Assembly: GCA_035084275.1 (NCBI GenBank)
Contig: CM068756.1
Coordinates: 6,262,001 to 6,326,000 of the forward strand
Direction: 5' to 3'
Origin: Hydrolagus colliei
Lineage: Eukaryota
DNA length: 64,000 nucleotides
Part shown: positions 39,071 through 52,372 of the stretch, in pieces
Position numbering within the stretch: position 1 is the first letter of the stretch
Layout of the letters: the number at the start of each line of letters is the position of its first letter
Made by a program: the position numbers and the translations under genes
Notes under the pieces: model-generated
Told to the model about the DNA's origin: nothing
The model's database searches: none
Seen by the model: only the letters and a program-made list of their open reading frames with translations

Positions 39071-41349
39071 CAAATATTCCCGTGAAGTTAATGGCAGGTC
39101 ACCAACACAGTAAGTACAGTGCAGTATTTTAATACTTTGATGCTTTCAATACCTTCATTGCCAGTTTACTTTACATTACTTAAAAAAGTTTTATTCCACT
39201 TGCCTATTCGGAGAAAGAAACCCTGGATTTAAATTATTTCTTCGCAACTTTCTGAAGATTCAACATTTCAAGTTAGGAATTCACTCAAGGAACATTTACA
39301 TAGACCTGAGCAATGAGCTCCATCACTGAATTGGTTGGGATTGACAGCCTTTTGGGCCTGGCATGCAAATTTAGAGCCATCAGTCATTCTGAATTTCAGT
39401 CTTGACCAAGTGCTGGTATGGGAATACAATGATGCTCACAAGGTAGTAATTCAATCAAGGGGGTTCCGATGATATAATAAATTGTAGGATCAAAGACAGA
39501 GCAGTTCACTCAGTCATCAGAACCCCTGAGATCCAATTACAGTATTGCAACTTTATTTTTTGCAGCAGTGTTATTTCTTTGGATCCCCTGTAGTACACGT
39601 TATAACTCATTTGCCTCTTGATGGTCCCCAAACGGTTCTGATACCACCCAACCATTCCTGCCAACATTGAAATAAGCAGCACATGCATCTCCCTTTGACA
39701 AAGAGACGAAGCAGGAGATTTTATCAAGCGATTTCAGAATTCAGAAAGGGAATGTAACTTGATCAAATTAATAGTCAACTTAAGTCATTAATAGAATTAA
39801 CATTTTCAATTGGTAAGAGCATCGAGAATTCATTAAAATAACTGTCCTGTCTGAAATAATACGGAAAGTTGATCCTGCAAAGTTAGCTTAAATATCTCTT
39901 CAAATATTTATAGACAGTTTTCTCTTCATTTTTAGTGTTGTATAAACAGAATATCTAGTTTCCACAGGTTTATACGTTATGCCATTGTTGATCATGAATC
40001 TTTATTCTGATCCATTTGTGACTTTCTCTATTTCCTGAAGTTAACTTGTCTTCACAGCAATGAAAAGATGGGTTAAACCTTTCGTTGACTTGATTCAGTA
40101 TGCTATCTTTCAGCAACGAAATCTGAACATTTAGTTATTGAGAAATAAAACATTCTGATCTCATCTGTTTTATAAATGGCTATCATGCTGAAACTGCTAA
40201 CATTAGCACCTTAATAGGAGTGAAACTGTTTGAATGGAGTGAGTGAGTAAGCTGTCAACCCCTTATAATTTAGTTGTACTTTCTAGGTACATATGTTTTT
40301 TTTTGTAATGAAAGGCTAACAAGTGAGATCAGCACCTGACATTATGAAATATTGTTTATGAGAAAATGCAATTTCGTAAAGATTGACCAAAAATGATGAC
40401 ACATCTGGAAAAATAAGTATTTCACTTTCATGAAGCAGCTGAAAGGACCCTTGGCCCCTATAATATTTTATAGAAAAAACGACCACAAATCCTGCAGCCT
40501 TTGGAATTTGAAGTGGAAAATGTTTGAAAGGAAAATTCACAAAAACAGATTTTTGGTCTCGCTAATGGACCGTTGTCGTGGCATTTTTGTTTATGAAGAA
40601 GCATTTGCAATGCATAAAGGGGATCCCAGGTGTGAGAGCACATTGCGGACACAGTGTGGTTATTGTCTGCAGCACTTGGACGGGCCATCAGAAGTTGCAG
40701 ACGAGCCCTTTCAAGAAATGAACAAAGATGAACATTGTTCCTGCATTGTAGGGAAAGTTGGCATTAAAAGTGACAGGTAAAAACCTGGACTGAAAACCAA
40801 AACATTAGCAATAATACAGGTAGCAAGGCAACAAGTCTAAAATGTTATCCATGCAAATTTCAATGAACATACTTGAGAAGAAAACACTATAGTCAGGATT
40901 GTATGCAGACTTTTCACTGTGTCTGTCATTAACTGCTCCTTTGTTGAACTATAGCAACAATGATTGTTTTACCACAATTAGTCATAGATACAGCCAGCAG
41001 TTTTCTGTCTTCACCTGGATGCCCACAGTTAGCAATCTACCTGTAAGATTCCTTCAACTCGGGGTGCTGCAATTAATAGAACAAGCACAGAACCAGCAAG
41101 GAATTTGCAACGCACAAGTTACAAACACAGAATCAAATCACATTAGAATGTTCACTGGCAACACTGCAGGATTTTCATGCATCTATTAATCTGTCATCCA
41201 TCCTTCACCTGCTCCAACAATGAAAGGGCGGTTGTATAAAATCCGAGCAAATAAAGACACATAGTAAGCAGCAAAATCCAAATGAGGAGAGTAAACAGAG
41301 GTTCTGTGAATTCAAATACGTCCACACAAAAATAGCAGTGACCGGAGTT

Positions 41350-41660
41350 CAGTGGATCAACTGAGCAATGAAACACTATTGGACCAGTCTCTGTGTTCAG
41401 AGCAGCTAGTAGCTGAGTTGCAATACAAATGCAATACATTGCTTTAATTACCTTCTTAATGCGGCAAATCGTGAGAATTCTGAGATGTCCCTGGGTATGG
41501 CCTGGAAGATCCTCGTGTCAGTTGAAAGGACTGCAAGTCTTCACTGCCATGAGTATGCAGTTCCAGTTGTACACAATGCGTGTAGAGCAGCTGGCACAGT
41601 TCATTAATGATCCCTCTCTCGTGCACTGCTCCTCCAGCATTCTTAGGTAGTTCAGGCTAT
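41350..41660 (-). mobile_element. Decayed PIF/Harbinger transposase N-terminal fragment
   Basis: Ordered minus-strand blocks NYLRMLEEQC...IINELCQLL...LMAVK...FQAIPRDISEFSRFA...IKKVIKAMY follow the recalled Harbinger pattern (SYL.LSEEQC / VITELC.LL / PVAVKV / GSFQ...GDI..ISQ.AV / I..VT.AL); frameshifted. Confidence 0.6.
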
Positions 41661-42199
41661 CGTCATTAACTCATTGCTTGGGAGATTGCATGTCAATTGG
41701 GTACTCTATCTTCTTACACAGAGTAAAAGATTTGGTAATAGACATCACATCCTGTAATCAGGTAGAATACAGCTCTGTGCATTCTCCGTGTCACTACTGT
41801 GGTGATGCCTTGATTTCCTTCCCACCACTTTGTTAAGATCCCTCACTGCAACTGTGAAATGGAGATAAAAACTCGTTCTCACTTGTGCAAGATGACTTCC
41901 TGAATGGCTTGAATAAGGCCTTAACGTTTAATTCGCCTATTACCAAATCAGTGTAATTTATCTCATCATCAAGGTAGAGAAAATAGATTTCAGATACAGA
42001 ACATTGGTGAAATAAATTGCTTTAATGTGGATGTGATGGGTGAGCATCTCCTTACCAATCACTGCGCTACCAACGTGGCTCCCAGCATTTCCTCCATAGA
42101 GCACCGAAGTTCCAAAGAATATTTTAAACTTGCGAAGCATACGGACGCTCCATTCGCATGGTGCATAGACAATTATAACACTTTTATTATAAACAGAGA

Positions 42200-42290
42200 A
42201 ATCACAGGGAACACAGCAGGTCAGGCAGCATCCATGGAAAGAGAAACATTGGTTAACGTTTCAAGTCTATGACCTTTTGTCAGAACTCTT
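42200..42290. mobile_element. Penelope-type repeat fragment
   Basis: cagcaggtcaggcagcatccatggaaagagaaacattggttaacgtttcaagtctatgaccttttgtcagaac resembles a common shark Penelope-associated repeat (recalled). Confidence 0.55.
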
Positions 42291-42400
42291 TTATTGATAT
42301 TTCTAGAGTACACGAGTCAATGTGTCCACAGTTATCCTCAAAGAGATGACTGCATTGTCATTCCTTCTCTGGAATGTCTTTGATTCAGTTTACATCATGT

Positions 42401-42656
42401 AGTCCTGTAGCTCAGTGGTTAGAGCATTCACCTTACAGACCTATGTTCGAATCCAGGCAGGGCGAAACCTTGGACAAGTGTCCTTACCTAATAGTCATTT
42501 CAATCCACAACTGTTTGTGGGACACTGCTGTGTGCAACTGACTGCTGTGTTTCGCCCACAAATATAGTCAATTCACTTTACAATATTTTTTGTGAAGCGC
42601 TTTGAGACTTCTAGAAGACGTGAAAAGCGCTTGATCAAATGCAAAGATTATTATTA
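42401..42656 (+). mobile_element. tRNA/Deu SINE, near full length with internal deletions
   Basis: gtcctgtagctcagtggttagagc...gttcgaatccagg...gggacactgctgtgtgc...aaatgcaaagattattat. Confidence 0.88.
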
Positions 42657-43499
42657 TATTAAAACATACGATTATTTTAAAATACTAATCATTCTCAAAA
42701 ATATATCCTTGGGACACACAGAGCCAATTCAAGTTATCCTTTCTACTTATGAACAAATGATTACGTTGATTCTTGGTTCTTAGGTAACTGGAGTTTCAAG
42801 AATTGCCAATGGGGTAATTGGTACCAGTAAGCTACTGTATTCAGGGGTTTCTTCCAAGGTTGGGAGTGAAGGTTCATTCTTAATGTATCGTACACAAATG
42901 TCTGCCCTACCTTTAACGTGGGCTGCACCTCAGTTGAAAATGGTTGACACCAACTGTGGAGGCAGAACAAGAATTAACTCTCAATGTCACCCACAAAAAG
43001 ATGGATGAATTTCCACTGCAAGTTTTTCTCTTCAGTAGAAATTGAGATTAGTGCCATGTGTTTATGTACTCACACCACTGAATTATGGCTCTGTGATTGG
43101 CTGTGACATGGGGGAGCAGAGATCAACAGCGAGAGAACATAAACTGGACAATATTAAAATTGATCTCTGCTGCAAAACTTACATTGCTCAGAAACACGTT
43201 CAAAGGACATGATTTTTTCCCTAATAATCTAGCATGATTGCTTGGCCCATAATTTCCAAGATTATCCTGATTTTATGCATCTTGTCTTCGCACTGTTATA
43301 TTAATATTGGTGTGCTGAGGTCTCAGTGGCAATAAATTCTGGTTGTGAAGAAACTGATAATAGCTTTGGTCAGCAGATCATTATGTCATACTGCCTTGTT
43401 GTTTGCACAATGCCTGAAATTTCAAGGATGTCTGATTGGGAAAAAAAAGGAACCATCACACTATTGTAGCAGGAGGGGCTCTTGTGATATTTGCATTAA

Positions 43500-43580
43500 A
43501 ATTATAATAATATGCCTTGCATTTGACATAGCAGCATATCATATTGTCAAACTGTCTCAACACACTTCGCAGGATCTAAT
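43500..43580 (-). mobile_element. SINE 3' tail
   Basis: ataataatatgccttgcatttgacatagc...tgtctcaacacacttcgcagg. Confidence 0.6.
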
Positions 43581-44949
43581 GTAGAGTCATGAGACTGTGG
43601 ATTATGTTGGCACAGTGTTAGGGGCAATAGGAAAGTAATGTCACCGTACAAATAATGTATGCTGTGCCTGATCCTGGGAAGCTTAATGTTAAAATTACGA
43701 AAAAGCTTCCAATTCTCATGAATTATATCTTTCACTGTAATGAGCATGACAAGTGACAATAAATAAGTGTCGGATTTTTTAAAAAAACTAAAGACACAGG
43801 AAAGAGCCTTTCTCGTTTGGTTAAACGTTTTGCGGACAAGTGTACAAGCAAAGGTATGAAGTTTAATTGTAAAAGATAGAAAAGAATGGAAAATATTGTG
43901 TTGTGTTAGATCAGTACCTGTCCATAGCACGTACAAATGTACCTTAGCAGCCAGCAGGGTAAACTTTCAACAAGATTTTGGAGTGAGTTATTTTTATCTA
44001 TTTCAGAAACACAGTCTGCCTGAAAAGTTCCCTGTGCCAAAACACTCCCCTGAAACATATTAATTTCCCATCACCGAGTCCTGCTGTGAACTGGCTAAAT
44101 TTAGGGCTACGATGGGCTCATGCTCTCAAAAGGTTACTATTTATACAGTAATTGTCTCGCAATGTTTGCCTTATTTAAAGCCACCCATGGCATAACTTTA
44201 ACTGCGGAGCTTTTTAACCAAATACCGTATAATAATTTAATCCACCTGCATTCTTCTGCATGCTGCATTCAACACACACAGCTCAGATTTCATTTCATTT
44301 TATTGCTCATTAGAAAAATAATATCCCAGAGTCCAGCATCTTGACACTGACCTCTGGACTCCTTCAAGGGCAGAGAGAGACAAGTTGGATGAGAAAGAAA
44401 ATGCACTGCCACAATTCTGTCACCACTTTGATGATGGCACGGCCCAGCATTTCAGGCAGCAGCATTGCTGTCTTTGCATTTTCATTAACTAAAATAATTT
44501 TATGGGAAATCTCTTTTTTTAAAATAAAACAGGAATATCAGTCCATAACACGATGCTACGAGCCGGAGCTATGTCTGGCAATGCTGTTTTTGTGCCAGCC
44601 ATAAGAAAATGCACAGGTGACATATAACAAGGCAGGGTAGCACTGGCCAAGATTCGTTTGGGATCTTGGGACAAAGGACTATGTCACAGCTCATTGTTAC
44701 AATAGGAATAGCTGAATTTGTTTTGTCTTTCCTGTTGGAAAATAAAATAGAAATATGTACAGTATATCTGTGTGAATCTCGTGTGTGGTGTCAATTCCCT
44801 TTTGTGTTAACTTTGAGTCTGTTGCAGTATGTGCACCTACAGTTACACAACACCCAATATTCTTGAGAAGGGAATGCAACTAATATATAAACAAGGTTTC
44901 ATGATTACAGTACATAAGATTATTTAAGAAGGACTTTTAACAAGCCACA

Positions 44950-45095
44950 TATTTTTCAAGCCATGACTGTACGCAATTGGCTGCCGCATTTTGCCCACAA
45001 ATACAGTCAATTCACTTTACAGTATATTCTGTGAAGCGCTTTGAGACGTCGATAAGATGTGAAAAGCGCTAAATCAAATGCAAGTATTATTATTA
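44950..45095 (+). mobile_element. 5'-truncated tRNA/Deu SINE
   Basis: cgcaattggctgccgcattttgcccacaaatacagtcaattcac...aaatgcaagtattattatt. Confidence 0.88.
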
Positions 45096-46194
45096 CATTA
45101 TTGTTATACTGTATTTAAGAACCAGTTTAAAACAAGCTTTATCGCTGAATTGTCATGTTCACACCTTACTTCCGCATCTTACTAAACCCGCTGAACTCAC
45201 CACCTCCATTTAGCAACCCTCACCCCCACCCCCCCACTTGTTAACAAACTCTTTGGAACAAACAGGTTCACACACCAACAGACATTTACACAGCCACTCT
45301 TACATAAAGGCCACTTTGGACCAATCACTTTGGCCCAATTGTCGAAGATGGGTTTGACTGGAGTTGTTTTCTGAAATGGCTCGTGTGCTGTCAAGATGTT
45401 GTGTTTGCCAGAAAGCAAAACTTGCATTTACTTCCAGCAGCAGCTGCAATTATTAATTGTATGTAAGCACGTTGGCCTCAAAAAGTCAGTGTTTGCTGTG
45501 CGGTGGGAGTTATTTTTGGACTCTGCAGTGGGGGAAATAGGCGGAGGTCAGGTGCAACCCAAAACATTAATATCTATAGATACTTCATCTGTGTCTTATC
45601 AGAAATATTCGGGAAAGAAGACATTGCACAGGTGCACCACATTTTTAATGCATCGTGCACTATCATAATACAAGCTTTCAACGTGAGTTATTGATACTCA
45701 GGTCTTCTAATATCGAGGTGTATTTTGAGGGGTGTGGTGGGGGCTCGCGGTTAAATAAATTCAGGAGAGCAGCACGAAGGAAGCTAATCTTTTCTTCTCC
45801 TGAAGCAGGGACGTGAGCCAGCTCACAAACACTGTGGCTGGCAAGAGGGAGGGAACTGTCAATGCTATTCCTACAGATGCTGCAGCTGTTTTCCCTGCTA
45901 GCCCGCTGTGGCTCCCATTTTGAATGCGAATCGACTGAGGGAGTTGCAGGTTGCAGCTGCATAGTCACAGCCACTTGCGGTCGGACTGATCGCATTTCCC
46001 AGAGAGAGAGCAGCTTACTACATTACTCGCCACTGTAGCAAGATGAAGGAATAAAGGAGTTTGGTTTATACCAGCATATTTCTGACAGATATAAAGTGTG
46101 TGAGAGGGGGGGGGGGGGGGGGGAGGGTTGGAACTATAAAATTTGTGCAGGCGATTACACTTATCTGGATAGAAAACTTAAGAATTCATTCTCC

Positions 46195-46530
46195 CCATGG
46201 GGACTTAGCTGAGAGTGCAGTACTGGGGGAGTAAAATACTGTTGCCTTATTTCGAATGAGATGTTAAAGTGAGGTCTTGTCTCCCTTTCAGATGGATGGT
46301 AAAGATTCTGTGATACCAACAGTACAGTATTTCAATCCAGAGAAGGAGGAAGGGAGTTACTTCTTGTATCACAGCCAACAATCTTCCAGATTAATTCTGT
46401 CATTTATCTCTTGGCTGTTTGTGGGGCCTCCTTGGCACAAATGACTGCTACATTTCCTTTGAAAACAGTCACCACACTTGACAGTAAATACTTGTGGAGT
46501 GCTCAGAGACTGCCAAAAGGATAAGGCTAA
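46195..46530 (+). mobile_element. Old DeuSINE (SacSINE1-like)
   Basis: gtgcagtactgggggagt...tttcgaatgagatgttaaagtgagg...tcagatggatggtaaagat...gggagtt...gccaaca...atttatctcttggctgtttgtgggg follows the recalled Deu-domain order. Confidence 0.65.
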
Positions 46531-47919
46531 TGTTCTGTTCTTTCCACAGAGATTGATGCACGTTTGTCTGATAAATAAACTGGGAGATTAGATCTGAATC
46601 AGAGTTGTTCAGTGTGAACATCATTAGACGTTAACAACATGGTGTATGTTGGCTATTGGTATTGACACAGAAAAAGTATCAGGAAAGCAATTGTCACTAA
46701 AAAACAGAATCAAACCACCCACAAAGTCTACAGTGTTCAATGCAAAAAACAGAGATGCTCTAAAGTTTCTTCATTGCTGCCATCTTCTTTCAGAGTTCAG
46801 GTGACAGGTTAAAAACCATGGTTTATGGTATCACCTGATCCGCTGACTCAGATTGCTGCCTCGTAATTGCTCCGAGATATCGATTACACTCTATTAGGAC
46901 AGGCTTATTGATACTTTTGCCTTGAGAGAGAAAACAAACATGCAGACAAGTTACCATCACACCCTGGCAGCTTTAAGATTTCTATATCCACGCAAATCGT
47001 CATGCTTTAGGAGACTGTAAACCTGCCTGGAGGTATAACCTTGGCTTGCCTGTTGCCTGTTGGCGCAGTGATCCTATAGGTAAATTTTAAATGACAGTGA
47101 GCACACGAAATCAAACTAAACTAATTTGTTCCACACTCACATACACATAAAAGAACTAGCACTGCACCAGTCTTAAAAACTAGTATTCACGGTGTTGCTT
47201 TCCACATTTCCACAGCAGACTTGATCTCTTCACCAGCATCATTGAAATTACTCAACAGGCTGTTCTGTAAACAGCTTTAATCTTTTGCAGCAAATGTCTG
47301 TCAGCAGGAATTTCTTCCTTCCAGCCTGATAATATTGATGACACAGGGCCATTAAGTGTTACGAGCATTCATTTAAATTTTAGTCCTCGTATTGTCAATA
47401 CAGGACCTTGTTTATTCTTTTCCCAAGAACATAATTGCCAAGGTATAAATACTGTTATAATTCAGAAGCTGATGTTCTGCATATTTCTGATGGGTAGCGT
47501 GACCTTTTGTTCTGTCACATTTTACAGAGTTTTGCCTCAGCACTTGACAACATGTCATAAAATGAACTTTGTTTTTGCTTTATTAATGTTAAACAAATTT
47601 TTTTGCTCAGTAAGACAAGGGATGACAGTGCTGGAGAGGAGAATATTTTCCATATTTCCATCTAATTACAATGCAAAGCATTTCTAGGTCAAGCACAACA
47701 CAGGCCATGAGCTTTAGACTCTTGTTTTATTGCCTGACAATATCTCAATACCTTTGTTTTTCCTGCATATCCTGTAATCTACTCCTCCAATCCTTTTTGC
47801 TTTCCACTGGGATATGTGGTTCCACAGGCACCATCCAGTACACAGCCCAAAAGGCATTTAATCATATATGTGCCATGACAGTCATTGTTAACAGTCAATA
47901 TGACGATGAAGGGGAATGG

Positions 47920-48155
47920 GAGGATGGGGCATCTCAGCCAAAACTTGCCCTCTCTTCACTTGAACCCCACTTGCACACACTTCCAGCTGAGGGTCACTAG
48001 ATAGCAGTCAGGAGCAAAAATTCTGGCTGATTTTCTCTTCCATAAGTATGCTGAGATTAATTGCATATCATCTAGTGCTTTCCCTGGATAGATCACTAAT
48101 TCAACACAAAGCAGGATTTAAAGCTGTAACTTCTGGTCTGTATGGCTCAGTGCTG
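47920..48155 (-). mobile_element. Ancient tRNA-derived SINE, same family as 14690-15030
   Basis: Reverse complement actgagccatacagaccagaag...gaaaatcagccagaatttttgctcctga...tagtgaccc aligns by eye with the 14.7-kb copy. Confidence 0.6.
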
Positions 48156-48444
48156 GATTGAATGTTACATTTTGCAACTGGGAAAGTCCTCAACAGAAGA
48201 AGAGGATTTGCTTTATCCAGTCACTGGATTGCTAAATTGGTGAAGAATATATTTGTACTGTGAGCCTGCTGAGTACCCTTGCGTCTTAATACAGTACTTT
48301 TATTTTTGGAGATTCTTCTTTTATTCTGAAGCCTGGATTAAATCCAGCAGCTGCAGAGGCAAAGCAATAGACAAACGCAGGTTAACTGTTCCATCTGGCT
48401 TGAAGAGTACATACGCAAAATAAACGTAATCACACGCCTCTTGT

Positions 48445-48517
48445 TTAGCGCCTTGGGACGTCCTCCCGACGTGAAAGGCGCTATATAAATGTAAATTGTT
48501 GTTGTTGTTGTTGTTGT
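48445..48517 (+). mobile_element. L2 3' tail with (TTG)n
   Basis: gcgccttgggacgtcctcccgacgtgaaaggcgctatataaatgtaaattgttgttgttg... Confidence 0.8.
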
Positions 48518-50749
48518 AATACAGTCATTCAATTTCAAAGAGATCGAAGATGGAATGAAATTTCACATCAATAAGAGCAGGCAGAACTCCTCTAAAAGCT
48601 GAAAGGGTTAATATCCCCCCCACCCATGTGGTTTATGCCATAAAGGTTACTTCAAAGAGGCCCGAGCCTTGAATCCCAGATATATACAGTACTGAGTAGC
48701 TGATCAGATGATGGAAATGTTACAACTGAACAAGAATGACAAGAATGGGTAATTGAGCAAAGATAACAACAGTTGCAGACATTTCCAGACCTGTATCCCA
48801 GAATCAAACTTCACCTTCAGAAAAGGAGGGGACGGAATTGGAAAATAATGAAAAGCAAGTCCAGTGCAGCACAGTTTATATCATATCCAAATTCAGTTGA
48901 GTGAGAATATATACAATAGATTTGAGCTCATGAACAGCAATTATTTTGGGCTTTATTATTTCCATACTGTAAATTAAATTTTTAAAAGGGATACAGCTTC
49001 CTTTAACTGTAAGCCTATAATTTAGTGATGTCTTTCCATGACTGTCTACTAATGTCACTCACCAAAGACGTCTGATATGAGACAGTAATAACAAAATGAT
49101 TTTCTCCCACACAACAGCCCTTAAGCAATCAAGCTTATTATTTCACTTGAAGGATATAATGAATCAGAATGTCTAACTTTGGTATAGCTTTCTTGGAAAA
49201 TATTTGTGTTTATCACGAATCATTAACATCATTCTCAGAAAAATAGAATGCAGTATCAACACCTTAAATTGGTGTATCAACACGGATTTATAAACAGAAG
49301 TCAAAACTAGTCAGGGATGAATGAGGCAAATTGAAATAACTTTCTCTGCTACTGTACTTATTTTGTTCTCACACTTCAGTGATATAAAATTAAAAATGTT
49401 TCAGCATGTAGATTCTCATTAACACAATATTGTCGACCTACTTGCCCTGAGTCAAAATCATTTGGTCTTTTCCCGTGCTGAGAATGCAAACTGAAAGCCT
49501 AACTACCAAAAATACAACAGGAAACAAAGTGCATGGCATGCTTTGAATGCTACACAATGAAGTACAGTATTTTATGGGTTGGATGTGCTTTGGCCCACCT
49601 GTTGCTGTGATGCACTTATTCGATCATCACTCATCACCTATTCCCTCATCACTCAACAGTCTTCATTTTTGCGCTCAATCCCACTCATTCAATGAAAATC
49701 ACATTGAACTTGTCAGCATGCCTCTGGGCAGCAGGATGCCTCAGCCTTTCACTGGATTATGAGTTTCCAGTCTCAGGTCGATCTCCTTGAGTACCTCAAC
49801 GTAAGAAACGGCCTCTGTTAGGAGCAGCATAGGAGCTTTGAGATCCAAATGAGCAGGATTATTGTGGCCTTGTAGAGATAGAATATACTGATGAGAGAGA
49901 GAATACCAGAGAAAAGTTTTACATATGGGATGAAAGGTACAAGATCATTTTTTTTTAAAGTGCAGCAGATAAAAATGTAAAACACGTCCAGAAGGAACAA
50001 AATGGTAATACTATTTTGATAAACTTGAACATTGACCACAGAAGGCTATGGGGAAAGGAATGTAAAATAAGTCATTTTCTCACCGACAGTATTGTTGTTT
50101 TGCATGCCTGCAGTCATCAGCCGTTTAGTTTTCTTAAAATATAGCGTAATCAAAGTAGTGTCTACAAGGAAGTTGTATCTGGTGAAACTTGGCAGGGAGA
50201 TGATACATGTTAGAAACCTTGCACAAGCGTAACATAAACTGTGTTTTTTTCATGCTCAGGGTAGATCCAGGTACCGGTATTCCTGTGTCATGGATTTTCG
50301 ATGGTCATCCTCGACTGGCTGTATCTAGGCCACTTGAGATATTCATTCTTTCACACTGACAATATAACCAATCATCCTCAACCAGAAATTCAATAAATCA
50401 AAAACATTGAACACTCCTTCCCCAATCGTCTATCTTTGTGTATCTTAGGAGATATTGAGCCACAGCTGGGGAATGAAGAGCATTCACGGATATGACTGCT
50501 TTTGAAACCTACCTTGCCAGGGATTAAGCACTGTTATGTTGCTAAACTAAGAGGTACGAGTTCCATTCTCGTTCCCTCAAGTCGTGCAAAACATTCCAAT
50601 ACATTTAATCAGCAATTCTGCATCACTATTGTACACTGAGTAATAATAATACTTACATTTGATATAAATAGATGAAGTTTTGTGGGCAAACACCAAGAAC
50701 TGCAAGAGCTATTTGTTGTATCCAAGTTCGAAGTAAAGGCCAACAAAAT

Positions 50750-50912
50750 TTGTTCACTCAATCCATGACTGTTTGTTGGACTCCACTGTGCCCAATTGGC
50801 TGCCGCATTTTGCCCACAAAATATAGTCAATTCGCTTGGCAATATATTCTGTGATGCACTCTGAGACATATTAAGAATGCGATGAGGCACTATATTAAAT
50901 GCAAGGATTATA
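50750..50912 (+). mobile_element. 5'-truncated tRNA/Deu SINE (short opposite-strand tail at ~50641-50690)
   Basis: caatccatgactgtttg...aattggctgccgcattttgcccac...aaatgcaaggattat. Confidence 0.8.
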
Positions 50913-51719
50913 TAATGTAGTCCTTGTCCAGTAACTATCAATACCTCTCTGTAAGTGGTTCAGATCTGAGTTATTTCCAACAGAGCCAATATGCAGACAG
51001 TGCCAGTACAAAGGGAACAAGGTGCAGGAACAAGACAGATGAAGCAAATCAGCATCTCATCTAGTTGGGGACTACGCTATTTCTCTGCACAGCGAGGATG
51101 GTGAGAATACTTTAGATTAAAAGCACAGTTTCCTATACTCATCTTCTCCCTTTTAAAAAATAATGAATGGACTGGAAAAAAAACCACATTAGCAAGCATT
51201 TCTGGGAGGCTGTTTCCACAATATTCCTCAGGCTTGGAAGTTTTCATTACCTCTTAGTACAATATATTTTAAAAAATCCAGCACAGGCACAGAGATATAA
51301 TTTAAATAGACATAATTGGAAATGGCAAGTAATATAGTTCTGAAACATCACAGTGAGAAGAGAAGCAGAACAAATGATTTGAACAAACAAATGTCAGCGA
51401 GGTTGAGACTTCTAGGATGTCATTGCAGCTTTTATGTTTCCGCAGCTGAAACTATTCCAGCCTATAGATGGTTGTAGTACCAATCGGTTGTATACATGCT
51501 GTTAAGAGTATGAAACATTGCTGGAATGGATGTGATGTGTTAATTATCATTGGTTATAACTATCATATACTATATCCTACACGAACACTAATTATATCTG
51601 TTTCATTAAACATCTTACATTGTTACAAATATATAATTAGGAATAGAATGCCTCCAAGCTAAAAAGAGTTGCAGGCTTAAAAACAATAATCTCTTTTCCA
51701 AATAAACCTGACAATAAAT

Positions 51720-52080
51720 AATAACACAATAAAATTATATTTGTACAGTGCCTTTCACGTCTGGAGGACATCCCAAGGTGAGGGACAGACAAGTTTCAGG
51801 CCCAAGCTGGGGTTTGGTTCGGGAAATGTGGAGAGCAGTGGGAGAAGGAGGGTGATTGAATCCACGGTCGAAGAGGAGGATCTTGAGATGGGTCTTGAAG
51901 GGGGTAAGGGAGGGGATGAGGCGGAGGAACTGCGGGATGAAGTTCCAGAAGGTGAGGGCAAAGTGGCTGAAGGCTCATTTGCCAAGAGTGGGGCAGGAGA
52001 GGTGGGGGATGTGAAGCAGGCCAGAATCCACTAAGTGAATGGAGGGTGCAGGCTGGTGCAGGGGTTAGGAGGTCGCAAAC
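51720..52080 (-). mobile_element. L2 LINE 3' fragment
   Basis: Reverse complement parallels 13500-13860 (gacctcctaacccc...gagccttcagcc...ttctggaac...ctcaagatcctcctcttcgacc...ccttgggatgtcc). Confidence 0.8.
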
Positions 52081-52084
52081 ATAA

Positions 52085-52372
52085 TGATAATGCCTGCATT
52101 TGATATCGCGCCTTATCAAGCTATTGAGATGACTCAAAACACTTCACAGAATATACTGTGATAAAACTGAGTTTTAACAAGCAGAGTAAATAATAAAAAT
52201 AATAAAAAATAATCCTTGCATTTTGATATAGCCCTTTTCATATCTTATCGACATCTCAAAGCGCTTCACAGAATATACTGTAAAGTGAATTGACTGTATA
52301 TTTGTGGGAGAAACATGGCAGCCAACGGCTCACAGCAGTGTCCCACAAACAGTCATGGATTGAAATGACAAT
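52085..52372 (-). mobile_element. Two tandem SINE 3' fragments
   Basis: Tails at ~52085-52160 and ~52190-52372, the second including the Deu motif cacagcagtgtcccacaaacagtcatggattgaaatgac. Confidence 0.85.
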
